From the NCBI RefSeq assembly GCF_001194135.2, contig NC_068992.1, positions 31,553,567 through 31,587,442 on the forward strand: a stretch of DNA of 33,876 bases. Reading direction: 5' to 3'. Shown here in pieces: positions 1 through 10,285 of this stretch (position 1 is the first letter of the stretch; each line of letters starts with the position of its first letter). Source of the stretch: Octopus bimaculoides. Its lineage: Eukaryota. Position numbers and translations under genes: made by a program. Below the pieces are notes generated by a model. It saw only the letters and a list, made by a program, of their open reading frames with translations. It was not told the origin of the DNA and did no database searches.

Positions 1-115
1 ATATATATATATACACGTACATACATATATATACATACATACATACATACATACATGCATACATACATACATACATACATACATACATACATACATACAT
101 GCATACATACATGCA
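1..115. repeat. (TA)n/(TACA)n microsatellite
   Basis: Direct tandem ATAC/AT units. Confidence 0.95.
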
Positions 116-629
116 TTAGGATAGTTAAAATATGTTTCTGATATATTTCAAATACTAAAGACAAATTCTCTGCAGTTGTTGTAGAAAAAATATTTCTGTT
201 ATGGCAAAAAGGTGTAAACACACCCTATACTTTCAGTGGAGACACCTTTCAGGATTCCAGACATCAATGTATTAAGCTAATTGACTATTATCAATCAGAA
301 GTAACAGAAAGAGTCAACTCTCAGCAAGTCTTATAAAGCAATATGTGTGACTCAGTGGAAACCGTGAAGATAAACCTGTGTTTATGTTTGTGTACGGTTG
401 TATATTCATATAAAAAAGAATAAGGAAATGGAGCTTGTGAAGTTCATAAGAACCTAGTATCAACCTGCAATCGATCAATATCCCTTAGAATTGTTTCATT
501 TATCCACAGTGCAATTAATTAAATATTAAATTCATATTTCTGAGCATAATCCCTTCAGAAGGAAAAATATACACTTAGATATTTTGTATATGTGTTTGTA
601 GATTCATCACAGCAGACTGAATGATAATG

Positions 630-1325
630 TTTATTCATATCTGCATTCGGTCTGCGTAGGAGATTTTTGTGTCCTAGCATATGCGCTGCTTCTTTCAGTT
701 TTCGTATTTTCCATTGGTGTTCTCTGTCAAATTATTTTAACTTCATACCACAGGGGAGGTGGTCTTCATTTTTCCATACATTATCACCTATAACCGATTC
801 ATCAGTATCTCTTCGTGTCACAGGTTTGCGATGTTTGTCTACACTTATTTTGAGGGGGCGTCATGTTTCACCTTTGTATTACTTACCATAGCTGCATGGG
901 ATAGAGTACACGAAGTTTTTGGTCATGTTCTCTTATATTGGTGGTTATACTCGAAGGAAATATTTTGTATCTGTTCGGAGAAGTCTTTCACATGGGGTTG
1001 ACAGGATGTGGAGAGTCTATTGATTTCATCCTATTTTTTCTTCATAATTAGAGTTGATAGTATGATTTTTCGGATAGCTGTTGCTTAATAGATTGTTACT
1101 GAGCTTCATCATTTCTTCATGGTATGTATCACGATCGCTACTTATATTCTTTGCTCGATGTTTTAGGCACTGAGCACACAGTCTCTTTATACGGCATGGA
1201 TGGTAGGAATTGAAGTTGAGGTATCCTCCAGTGAAGGTCGGCTTGCGGTATACGGATGTCCTGAATCCATACTTGGCGCGTGTTATTGATACGTCCAGGA
1301 ATGCCAGCTGATTATCTTTTTTTAA
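630..1325 (-). mobile_element. Penelope-like element 3' part (RT thumb, linker, GIY-YIG endonuclease), Poseidon/Penelope-type, 5'-truncated and decayed
   Basis: ORF 1026..1499 contains DNQLAFLDVSITRAKYGFRTSVYRKPTFTGGYLNFNSYHP, the PLE RT C-terminal motif. Manual minus-strand translation downstream gives KNFVYSIPCSYGK*YKGET*RPLK (GIY-YIG with stops) and RKLKEAAHMLGHKNLL (typical C-terminus). Confidence 0.9.
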
Positions 1326-1388
1326 TCCGTCAAATGTAAATAATGTATATAATGTGCGTAACTCCTCATCTCTTAAATATGGAACTGT
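1326..1388 (+). repeat. Inverted PLE pseudo-LTR 3'-terminal segment abutting the 5'-truncated end of the PLE
   Basis: Its last 49 nt (ataatgtatataatgtgcgtaactcctcatctcttaaatatggaactgt) match the minus-strand sequence just downstream of the HHR at ~9291-9339 at 39/49 positions by manual alignment. Orientation is opposite to the adjacent PLE ORF. Confidence 0.65.
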
Positions 1389-1439
1389 GTTGGGAAATAT
1401 ATTGACGAAATTACTTCTGACTCCTGAAATTTGTTCTCT

Positions 1440-1780
1440 TTCTATTAATATTGAAATATGTATAGATATACATATACACATATAAACCCATGCACACATA
1501 AATATAAGAACACATATTCATGTCCACATACATATACAAATATATATATTCATTCACAAACATATATTCACATAAATACATGCATTTATATATAGATCTA
1601 TACGTATATTTATCCATACATATACTCATATATTCACATGTACCTACCCATATGCACGCACATATATGCATGTAAAGGCAGCTTATATTCACAGAGCCAT
1701 ACATGCATATATGTATACTTACATGTATCCATACATATAAATGTCTGTGTGTATGTTTGTGTGTGTGGCTGTGTGTGTAC
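1440..1780. repeat. Degenerate AT/AC low-complexity tract
   Basis: Mixed (TA)/(CA)/(TG) units; source of spurious ORF 1411..1782. Confidence 0.9.
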
Positions 1781-1789
1781 AACGAGTGT

Positions 1790-2010
1790 TAATATGTTGT
1801 TAAGGATATGCTAATGTGGTTAATAATGCAACTCAAATATTGTGTTTATTAATATTCTCTAGTATTTACTGCCTTTTGAATAATGATTAGCCAATGCCCA
1901 ATAGAACAATCTATCTATTTCGGGAATTATTTGTTTTTGGAAGGGAATTTATACCACTGAAGATTGCTAGAGGTATGTATGTTATTGCGATATACAATTA
2001 CAATGATTGG
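1790..2010 (-). mobile_element. Decayed Naiad-like PLE linker fragment
   Basis: The minus strand aligns by eye with 6595-6730(+): acctctagcaatc...aattcccttcc.aaaac.aataat...ggcattggcta...ttcaaaag.cagtaaat. Translation resembles the WYNPPF...KH(Y/F)PK..KY.RI linker. Confidence 0.5.
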
Positions 2011-2268
2011 AATGCATGATTTAATTGCTTTTATTCTATACTCATGTGGGATGTTGGTGTAAAAATTGATAACACCGAGGGTATCCAATATTGACTCTTC
2101 ATTAATTGTTGTTGGTAGGTTTTTCAAGCATGTCTAAATTGTCTCTAATGAAACCTTTGATGTATTTCAGCAAGGGATTTTCAGTAGGATGTCTAGAAAA
2201 TTGCTTAGACGGTGAGTTTCACAGGCTAGCCCAGTTACAATGGGTCTTAAAGTTAAATCTTCTGGAAT
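2010..2268 (-). mobile_element. Inverted RT N-terminal fragment of a Neptune-like PLE
   Basis: The minus strand reads PEDLTLRPIVTGLACETHRLSNFLDILLK, then (frameshift) KYIKGFIRDNLDMLKNLP, then SILDTLGVINFYTNIPHEYRIKAIK. These are PLE RT motif 1 and the LYTNIP motif. Confidence 0.85.
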
Positions 2269-3227
2269 ATAACAAAGAACAACTCCCATTTTTAGACATC
2301 ATGATAAAAAAGTCAACAATCAAGTCATAACTGACATCTATTATAAACCAACTGACTCAAAACAATATCTCCTCTTTAGCTCATGCCACCCGAAACGCAT
2401 CAAAATAATATCCCTTTCAATTTGGCAAAAAGGATTTGCACAATGGTGTCTGATAGAACAACTCGGACCCTCGTCTTCAAGACCTCAAAACAACGCTTAC
2501 TGAAAAACAATATCCACCCTAACATATAGACGAGGGAATTAAACCTGCCAAAATATTAGACATAAAAACACTAAGAACCACATATGATTACACCACACCT
2601 CAACTCCAAACACTACTATTTATATGAACATACAAACCCCAAAACAGTGAGGTATTCAACACTATTGTACAAAATCTTCCTTTACTAACTAGAGATCCAA
2701 AAATGAACGACATCCTGAAAACGCACAAACTCATCAAATGCAAAAAGCAACACAAATCGCTAAAGAGACTACTAAAATATGCGATGCTTTACAAAGCAAC
2801 CGCGAAACCAACGGTTAAAAATGTGGACGCCAAACTGTGGAACCTGCCGCAACTTATTTGAAGGCTCGGATTTCCATTTCAAACAAGAACAGAGGTTCAC
2901 AATTAAAACTAGTTTCACTTGTGCCTCTGAAAACCTAATTTATGTAATACATGTAATAACCGGCTCGGGTTGCGTACACAACTATATTGGACAGACGAGT
3001 ATGATCTTGAGAAGGAGAACTACTCTACATAAAGAGCAAATCCGTTTCCCGCAATACAGACAAATTCCTCTCAGTGAACATATCGAAAAATGTGCATATA
3101 ACATCAAACCAAATTACACAGTCTCCCCTTCTAGCAGTGCAAAGACACAATCTCTCCAGAAGAACGTTTAAATAAAGAAACTTTTTTCATTCAAAAATAC
3201 AGAACACGTTTTAATATGCACGCATAA
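2263..3227 (+). mobile_element. Neptune-like PLE 3' part (RT thumb, Cys-rich linker, GIY-YIG), frameshifted
   Basis: EYNKEQLPFLDIMIKK, then KPTDSKQYLLFSSCHPKRIK, then the Cys-rich KCGR..CGTC linker, then FTCASENLIYVI...YIGQTSMILRRRTTLHKEQIR (ORF 2779..3171). Stop near 3227. Confidence 0.88.
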
Positions 3228-4019
3228 CAAAACTTTTATCTTTTTACATATGTCAATTCACGATTACATCACTGTACATAAATCCCCTCACTAAACAAGT
3301 TTTTGTAAAACTTTGCTGTGTGAACATTTATATCCCCCTCACATTATCGAAAGCTGAACTGTTATCTCCCTTGCCCACAACAACAACAATAACAACGAAA
3401 AACAATTACCTACACATATTTTTCTACCTGTAAAATCATTCACTCGTAAATATCATCACACACAACATGGTGTTACGGTCAGACAAATTAATAATGTAAA
3501 ACAAATGGGTAAACGTCTGATCGCAACAACAAAGTGTTCAAACAGGGAAGTAAATGTTCATTTGTGGAGATTATGTCCAGTCTCAATGGTTTCAAGGTAG
3601 GTAGTGAAAGGTCCGACCCGTATGCATGTCCGTCTCTCGTTCTGGTTCTATTCACGCCAAGCTCCCGCTGTCTCCCTATTCCCCTTTTTAAGAGGAAGTA
3701 CGAAATTACCTGCCTTGCTCGTTAACAGAAAGTGAACGAGTTTACCTGTCTCGTATTATGCTAACTTCCTGTATATATCTTTGGTTATCCATACCAGCGT
3801 TATTTCATTTCTGCTAAATGGTCGTTGACAAACGTTTATCTCGCCACGTTCGGAAAATATAGGGTACGTTCTCACCCTTCATTATATTATAGATATACAT
3901 AACAATGGACAAAACTTTCTTCTTATGAAAATACATATTCAAATAAGTAAACCATAATATCAAGAATAGCGAAAGCGAAACCGGCCGATATATTGACAAT
4001 TATATTAAAACTATGTTGT

Positions 4020-4311
4020 GATTATATATATATATATATNNNNNNNNNNNNNNNNNNNNNNNNNNNNNNNNNNNNNNNNNNNNNNNNNNNNNNNNNNNNN
4101 NNNNNNNNNNNNNNNNNNNNNNNNNNNNNNNNNNNNNNNNNNNNNNNNNNNNNNNNNNNNNNNNNNNNNNNNNNNNNNNNNNNNNNNNNNNNNNNNNNNN
4201 NNNNNNNNNNNNNNNNNNNNNNNNNNNNNNNNNNNNNNNNNNNNNNNNNNNNNNNNNNNNNNNNNNNNNNNNNNNNNNNNNNNNNGTGTGTGTGTCTATA
4301 TATATATATAC

Positions 4312-4362
<51 letters not shown>

Positions 4363-4380
4363 TATATAAATATATATACT
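4020..4380. other. Assembly gap (N 4040-4285) within (TA)n/(TG)n tracts
   Basis: N run flanked by dinucleotide repeats. Confidence 0.98.
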
Positions 4381-5715
4381 GACAATCATCATATGATTTG
4401 GTGTTCTGATACTATTCGCTGTTGCTGCTGCTGCTCACCTTATCTATTCAGTTGTAGCCATGTGGCTTTGATATTCATTTATGGGCGTTTAAAAAAAAAT
4501 ACGATTTCGTTATTTTGAGACCGAATATAGTACCTGGTTCTTGTTCAATCCACTAATAAGGTTTTTGCGATATTGGGTGTAGGAAGAAGCTGGAAGACAG
4601 CTTATAGATGCCCCTCAACTTCTAGATCGGACGTTCCAAACAACCTGCATATGAAATATATATTATACTGTAAAAGTTATGTACATGGAAGATGATTGTT
4701 TGGGATTCGATATTGAGGGAAAGGATTATCATAATTATGCAAATATATATCTCTGGTCGTGTATAAACCACAATCTCGCCGTCTTTTGCCGATCGTCTTC
4801 ATAGTAAGATTCTACAAAAACATCACATCATATTTACAAGTCAGTTGTAAACAAAATTGCTTCCTATTTGTTTGAAAGCCTTAATATATCTTAATATATA
4901 CACTTGCAATGTCACTTTTCACGTCTCACATTAGATTCATGGTCCTTGTTTTCGGATCTGAGAAACATGTTGAGGAATCTCAGGTTTTAAAATGTGAGAG
5001 TCTGAAATCAACTAATAAAGAAAAATGGAAATAGCATAATGAAACAGAATGTAGTTCTTGTTTGAACAACGTCAAAGATTATGCGTGTGCAAAACTTAAA
5101 TGATCTATTTAGCAATGGGCAAATTGTTAAGGAATTTGTCTCATAATCCGGAATTCCTCTTCCTGATTGCACTAAATCTTTGGTAATTAACTCAATTATT
5201 ATCTGCCAGCGGATACACTGATAATGAGAGACGAGGTTGGAGACATCGTGAAACATCCTCATTTGTATAATAATTAATATTTGTTCCATGTTAAAATTAT
5301 TCTACCAGACTATAATCTTAAGGTTACGTAAAAGTTTTGTCTATAATACACAGGGAGAGATCGCTAGGGTGGTTAAGTGGCTCTGTTGGTTGTGCAAATA
5401 TAAAAGGGTCGGAAAAATTGATGGATAATGCACTAACTTCCTGAAGGTGAAATGAAACCGAATGTTTACAGACAACTTCAGCAGCTATAATAATTTATTC
5501 GTCTTGTAAATAACAAATGTTCCTGAGTTACGGTTATCATTCATAAACCAACAATTGATATATCTGAAAGATCTGAATGTTGTGTTTGTATTCCAGATAT
5601 TGTAGTAGTTGTACGCACACATTGCTTTAGGATTAATAATTATATTACAATTAAGAAAATCGATGGCAGTGACGTATTCCTTTTTTCATTAACAGAATCA
5701 CAATGAGTTTTGTAT

Positions 5716-5928
5716 TCATATATTCACTGCTAACAGCGATAAATTTACGTTGCTATTGGACGATGTAATTTGCCTAATCTTGTCTGCAAGTATTAAGAAT
5801 GTTTTTGTACTCGGCACTTCAAAATTTACTCTTTCTTTAAAATTCCAAAACAATTCCTTCTTTTCATTAGCCTCGTGGTTATGTTCCCTATTTTCAGACA
5901 ATTTACAAAATTGATGTTTTATCCACAA
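5716..5928 (-). mobile_element. Possible decayed FLYWCH/MULE transposase fragment
   Basis: ORF contains ENREHNHEANEKKELFWNFKERV..EVPST, resembling the HNH end of FLYWCH/MULE domains. No other motif was found. Confidence 0.25.
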
Positions 5929-6179
5929 TATATTTTGAATTATGTAAGTTTCATAAATTCTATGAGAAAACCCAATGCATAATTTTGCGAAATATCATTA
6001 AACGAATAAAATTATTTAAGAAAGTTGTTCAGGTAGCAAAATAAAAATGAAACCATATGCAGTTACGAACAGCATGTAGATATTACTTATACATAATATA
6101 TAATGTTTTCCTTAGATTCCTACGGATTTTTTGTGGTCATAGCACGTAGCGAACAGTGTTTTTTTAAGGATTTCTGTAT

Positions 6180-6302
6180 GGATATATGCATGTATGTATG
6201 TATGTATGTATGTATGTATGTATGTATGTATGCATGTATGTATGTTGGTGCTTGTGTATGTATGTGTATATATCTATGTATGGATGTGTGTATATATATA
6301 TA
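6180..6302. repeat. (TATG)n microsatellite
   Basis: Direct tandem TATG units. Confidence 0.95.
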
Positions 6303-6399
6303 GTATGAAACGGATAAAGTATCCTGGCGGATAAGGTATTATGTCTCTACTTGGTCTCGATGCTGTCTATCCTCAACGGTCCATCATATAGTTCTCAAG

Positions 6400-6590
6400 C
6401 TTAGAAAAAGATACTACTACTGGTGAAGTTCAGTCGGTGGGTACTTCTGTGTTCCTATTTGGAACTACAAATATTCTGTAGAGTATTTGATAACGTTTAT
6501 GAGATTTTGTTCACATCCGATTTTATTTAAAAGTTTTCTACAGCATATACATCTTACCTATATCTGATGCGCTTCTATTCATCAATAAAA
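6400..6590 (-). mobile_element. Possible inverted Naiad-like PLE RT N-terminal fragment
   Basis: The minus strand reads LLMNRSASDIGK, then (frameshift) LLNKI, and later KYPPTEL. These resemble Naiad RT RLINPxKSxIGK..ILDKIN and FYPSITEEL; heavily decayed. Confidence 0.35.
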
Positions 6591-6594
6591 TAGA

Positions 6595-6800
6595 TACCTC
6601 TAGCAATCACGAGTGATATATAATTCCCTTCCGAAAACGAATAATTTCCAATATACCTAAGTTCGGCATTGGCTAAATATTTTTCAAAAGACAGTAAATG
6701 CAATAGAATATTTCATAAACATAATATTAGATTAACCTTCTCCTCAAACCAGAAATCTAGCACAAATTATAGCAGCGCACAACACTAGTAGATTTAAAAA
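6595..6800 (+). mobile_element. Decayed Naiad-like PLE RT-EN linker
   Basis: Reading through frameshifts gives ..ALAKYF.KDSKCNRIFHKHNIRLTFSS..NLAQIIAAHN, resembling the Naiad KHFPK..KIFN.NT.K.SYS..PN...II..HN linker. Homologous to 1790-2010(-). Confidence 0.55.
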
Positions 6801-7479
6801 ATCCATATAAACAATAACGACAATAGTAAAAAAAACTCCCTAGAGGACAATAAAACATCTGGACAGATAAACGACAGAAAGGCGGACAGAAAAAACAACA
6901 AATAGAGGGTCAGGAAAAAAAAAAGACATGCCATTCTTTCATCAGTCAATTTTCCAGATTGTCCTTACACTTTCGGGCAGTTACACTTGAGACTGTTCAA
7001 ATCTTCTTTGCCTCACCAATGTTTAAGCTGTTGGCCTAAATAATAGTGCATATACTCATTTATTTGTATATGTATGCGTGCATGTCTATATCTATAGAAA
7101 TATATTTATTTCACTCTGATTCATCAGCCCCAACTATCACCTTAGCTAGTACAATAAATACCTACGTCTATTTTTAGAAACTTGACCATTATATCTTTTT
7201 CCCTTCCTTTTTTAGGTTTACTACACACTTTACTATACGCCCTCGTTCCATTCCATAACCTATCACCTTTCATACATATCACCCCAGCTCCCATTTCTCA
7301 TACATTTTTTCCTTACATTCTTCTATTTTCCTTCTATCCATCCCCAATTTTTTATCCTGATAGCTCTCCTCTCCCAGACCCTCACAATATCTTGATCACC
7401 ATCTAGCATATCTTTCTTCATGTTCCTACTCTTTATTTCCTACTTCTTTCTTCCCCTATACCTTTTGACTAATACCATT

Positions 7480-7990
7480 CTCCTCCTAAAATACGTGTCT
7501 ATTCACTTCTCTCAATCTACGTACCCCTCCCAGTACTTTCTCAAAATTTCGTTCACACCACAAGACCCCTTTGAATAAACAGACCAAGGAATTTATGTCT
7601 GCACACTATTCACTCATAATAACAAAGTATGAACTCCTATCGGAATCTACATGTCATGGACAAGAAGCATTACTAATCATACTACACAGCACTTTCCTCG
7701 TGTAATGAAACTGCAACTATAACATCCAAAATAAATTTTTACTTTTATTTTTACTCTCTTATTTCTTTTATACTTCCTATATCCATCTTTTCCAAAATAA
7801 CACCTTATACTGAACTCCACTATTTCCCTCTAGTTAACTGTCTCATATCGTCTCTGATGAAAGAGGTATCCCTAATATCTCGGAAACAGCTGTAAGTCTA
7901 CCTTTCTCTTTATACATGTCCTATAAATTCAACATATCTTTGGTTTTGTTGTCTCATTTTACTTAACATGCACGTACTCACACAAGACCC
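7480..7990 (+). mobile_element. PLE 3' end / pseudo-LTR carrying a hammerhead
   Basis: A decayed coding-like stretch (..LNKQTKE.. ..YELLSESTCHGQEALLI) is followed by a pyrimidine-rich UTR and an HHR at 7849-7898, the usual PLE 3' arrangement. Confidence 0.55.
7849..7898 (+). ncRNA. Minimal type I hammerhead ribozyme motif (PLE-type)
   Basis: gtct-CTGATGA(7854-7860)-aa-GAGGTAT/cccta/ATATCTC-g-GAAAC-AGCT-GTA(7892-7894)-agtc. Helix II has 7 bp, helix III is palindromic (ACAGCTGT), and helix I pairs at 3 of 4 positions. Confidence 0.7.
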
Positions 7991-8084
7991 ACATTAGGCA
8001 CCTTAATCGTATAATTATGTTCCCTTAGAACATGCATGACCTCACCTGTCATCTTGGGTCTTCTAGATCCCAATAGGTCTCATA

Positions 8085-8087
<3 letters not shown>

Positions 8088-8119
<32 letters not shown>

Positions 8120-8695
8120 NNNNNNNNNNNNNNNNNNNNNNNNNNNNNNNNNNNNNNNNNNNNNNNNNNNNNNNNNNNNNNNNNNNNNNNNNNNNNNNNN
8201 NNNNNNNNNNNNNNNNNNNNNNNNNNNNNNNNNNNNNNNNNNNNNNNNNNNNNNNNNNNNNNNNNNNNNNNNNNNNNNNNNNNNNNNNNNNNNNNNNNNN
8301 NNNNNNNNNNNNNNNNNNNNNNNNNNNNNNNNNNNNNNNNNNNNNNNNNNNNNNNNNNNNNNNNNNNNNNNNNNNNNNNNNNNNNNNNNNNNNNNNNNNN
8401 NNNNNNNNNNNNNNNNNNNNNNNNNNNNNNNNNNNNNNNNNNNNNNNNNNNNNNNNNNNNNNNNNNNNNNNNNNNNNNNNNNNNNNNNNNNNNNNNNNNN
8501 NNNNNNNNNNNNNNNNNNNNNNNNNNNNNNNNNNNNNNNNNNNNNNNNNNNNNNNNNNNNNNNNNNNNNNNNNNNNNNNNNNNNNNNNNNNNNNNNNNNN
8601 NNNNNNNNNNNNNNNNNNNNNNNNNNNNNNNNNNNNNNNNNNNNNNNNNNNNNNNNNNNNTATATATATACATACATATATATACATATATGAAT
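8088..8695. other. Assembly gap (N 8120-8660) within (TA)n
   Basis: N run flanked by TA repeats. Confidence 0.98.
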
Positions 8696-9289
8696 GTAGA
8701 TATACGTAGCGATGGTGGGGTGATCAATAAGGCTGATATCGTTCTGCTTCGGATAGCATTGTATTCTTATAAAATCGATAAGCCGTGTAAAGGGAATTTG
8801 GTGTAGGTCGTGGAAAGTCCAAATGTTCGGTCATAGACCTTCGAAAGATATATTAAAAGGAAAGAAATTAATGAGTCATAACAAAGTTTTACATTCCCTA
8901 GTTTAAAAAGAAAATCATGTTACAAATCAGGTGCGCTTCATGCATGAAGAATGAATATAAGAAGCGGTGTAAGAAGAAATAAAAAAATAGTTGTGGATTG
9001 TGGAGTAGCCGAAGATGACGACGAGATGAAAGGCAAAGTTGAGGAGTGGTAGCTGTTGAAGGAGAGGAAAGAGATTCAGGAATAAAACTAATGTGTAGTA
9101 TCAGAAGCAGAAATCATTTAAAGCTGTTGGTGACAATCTACCCTATTACATTATTTTTTATATAAATTCTCGTTCGTGTATGAAGCTCACACGAGCTTGT
9201 CTGCTGCAACTATTTTGCCCCTTTCACTTGGATGAATTAGAACTGTATTGTCTCTTATTAATTTCTCTCCGCTCAGTTTTTACAGGTAT

Positions 9290-9470
9290 TACTGTTCTAT
9301 ATTTAAAAGATGAGGAACTATGTAGATTATTTACGTTATAATTTCACGTATACTTGTCCTCATCTTGTTTGTTGTTAACACAACGTCTCGGCTGATATAC
9401 CCTCCAACCTTCATCAGGTGTCTTGAGGAAATTTCGAACATGGGTTCTTATTCCTAAGGTACTTTTCGAT
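9290..9470 (-). mobile_element. PLE pseudo-LTR-like segment containing an HHR
   Basis: Contains the HHR at 9377-9422. Its 3' terminal ~50 nt are homologous to 1340-1388, next to the PLE ORF. Confidence 0.7.
9377..9422 (-). ncRNA. Minimal type I hammerhead ribozyme motif, core variant GAGAC
   Basis: Minus strand: GACAC-CTGATGA-A-GGTTG/gagggtatat/CAGCC-GAGAC-GTT-GTGTT. Helix I GACAC:GTGTT (5 bp), helix II 5 bp, cleavage triplet GUU. GAAA has become GAGA, so this copy is probably inactive. Confidence 0.8.
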
Positions 9471-9683
9471 GTTGTTGTTGTTGTTGTTGTTGTTGGTGTT
9501 GCTCTTCTTCTTCTTCTTCTTCTTCTTCTTCTTCTTCTTCTTCTTCTTCTTCTTCTTCTCCTTCTCCTTCTTCTTCTTCTTCTTCTTCTTCTTTTTCTTC
9601 TTCTTCTTCTTCTTCTTCTTCTTCTTCTTTTTCTCCTTATTATTATTATTACTATTATTATTATTATTATTATCATTATTATT
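9471..9683. repeat. Compound microsatellite (GTT)n-(CTT)n-(ATT)n
   Basis: Three consecutive trinucleotide arrays that differ only at one base. Confidence 0.97.
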
Positions 9684-10240
9684 GAGTGAGAGAGCAGTGC
9701 ATGCCATCAAAGTGACACCGGGGTAAAATATACGAAGCCCATTATACCCATCATCACTACACGTCTGATAAGGTTACACCAGGCACATGCATCACAACCA
9801 TATGTGCGCGACATGGTGATTTCGTATCAAGATAAACAGCGCATGACCTCGCAGGTGGGGCCCAGTTAGAATTTTCTTCAGGTCGAATAGCCCATCCCGC
9901 TCAAAAGGTCCCTGAATAAGGGCTGTTTAAGGATTTTGAACAAAACAACCATGTTTCCAAAGGTGAATTATTCAAACACCACAGTATTCCTCTCAACACA
10001 TGGCTATGATGCTCCCCCACTACTTCTGCTCATGATCAGAGATGCACATATCGTCAGCCACCAAGGGACATGCTCAACTGGTTAAGGTCAAACAACTGAC
10101 AAGCAAATCTGTGGTATTAAGCAGAATATTTGCTGTAGCCCATCTATTTATACCAAGACAAAACAATGTACATGATAACACTTCCGATCAATTAAGATTA
10201 AAAGCCATGAGAGCCACTGCCTGGTACTGCATCAGGGCAT
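9684..10240 (-). mobile_element. ~555 bp non-coding interspersed repeat flanked by (AAT)n on both sides
   Basis: Higher GC than the flanks, sharp boundaries at ATT arrays on each side, no coding motif. Orientation is inferred from the (AAT)n tail; family not identified. Confidence 0.55.
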
Positions 10241-10249
10241 TTATTATTA

Positions 10250-10281
<32 letters not shown>

Positions 10282-10285
<4 letters not shown>

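Noticed and set aside
3230-3540. Hammerhead in the 3' UTR of the Neptune-like PLE (CTGAT near 3520)
   Set aside because: No helix II or GAAAC follows.
6595-7700. Selenocysteine codon/SECIS, as reported for some Naiad PLEs
   Set aside because: The Cys-rich region is not recognisable and the copy is too decayed to interpret any TGA.
9344-9726. Poly-R/K/L/F ORFs
   Set aside because: Translations of the compound trinucleotide microsatellite.
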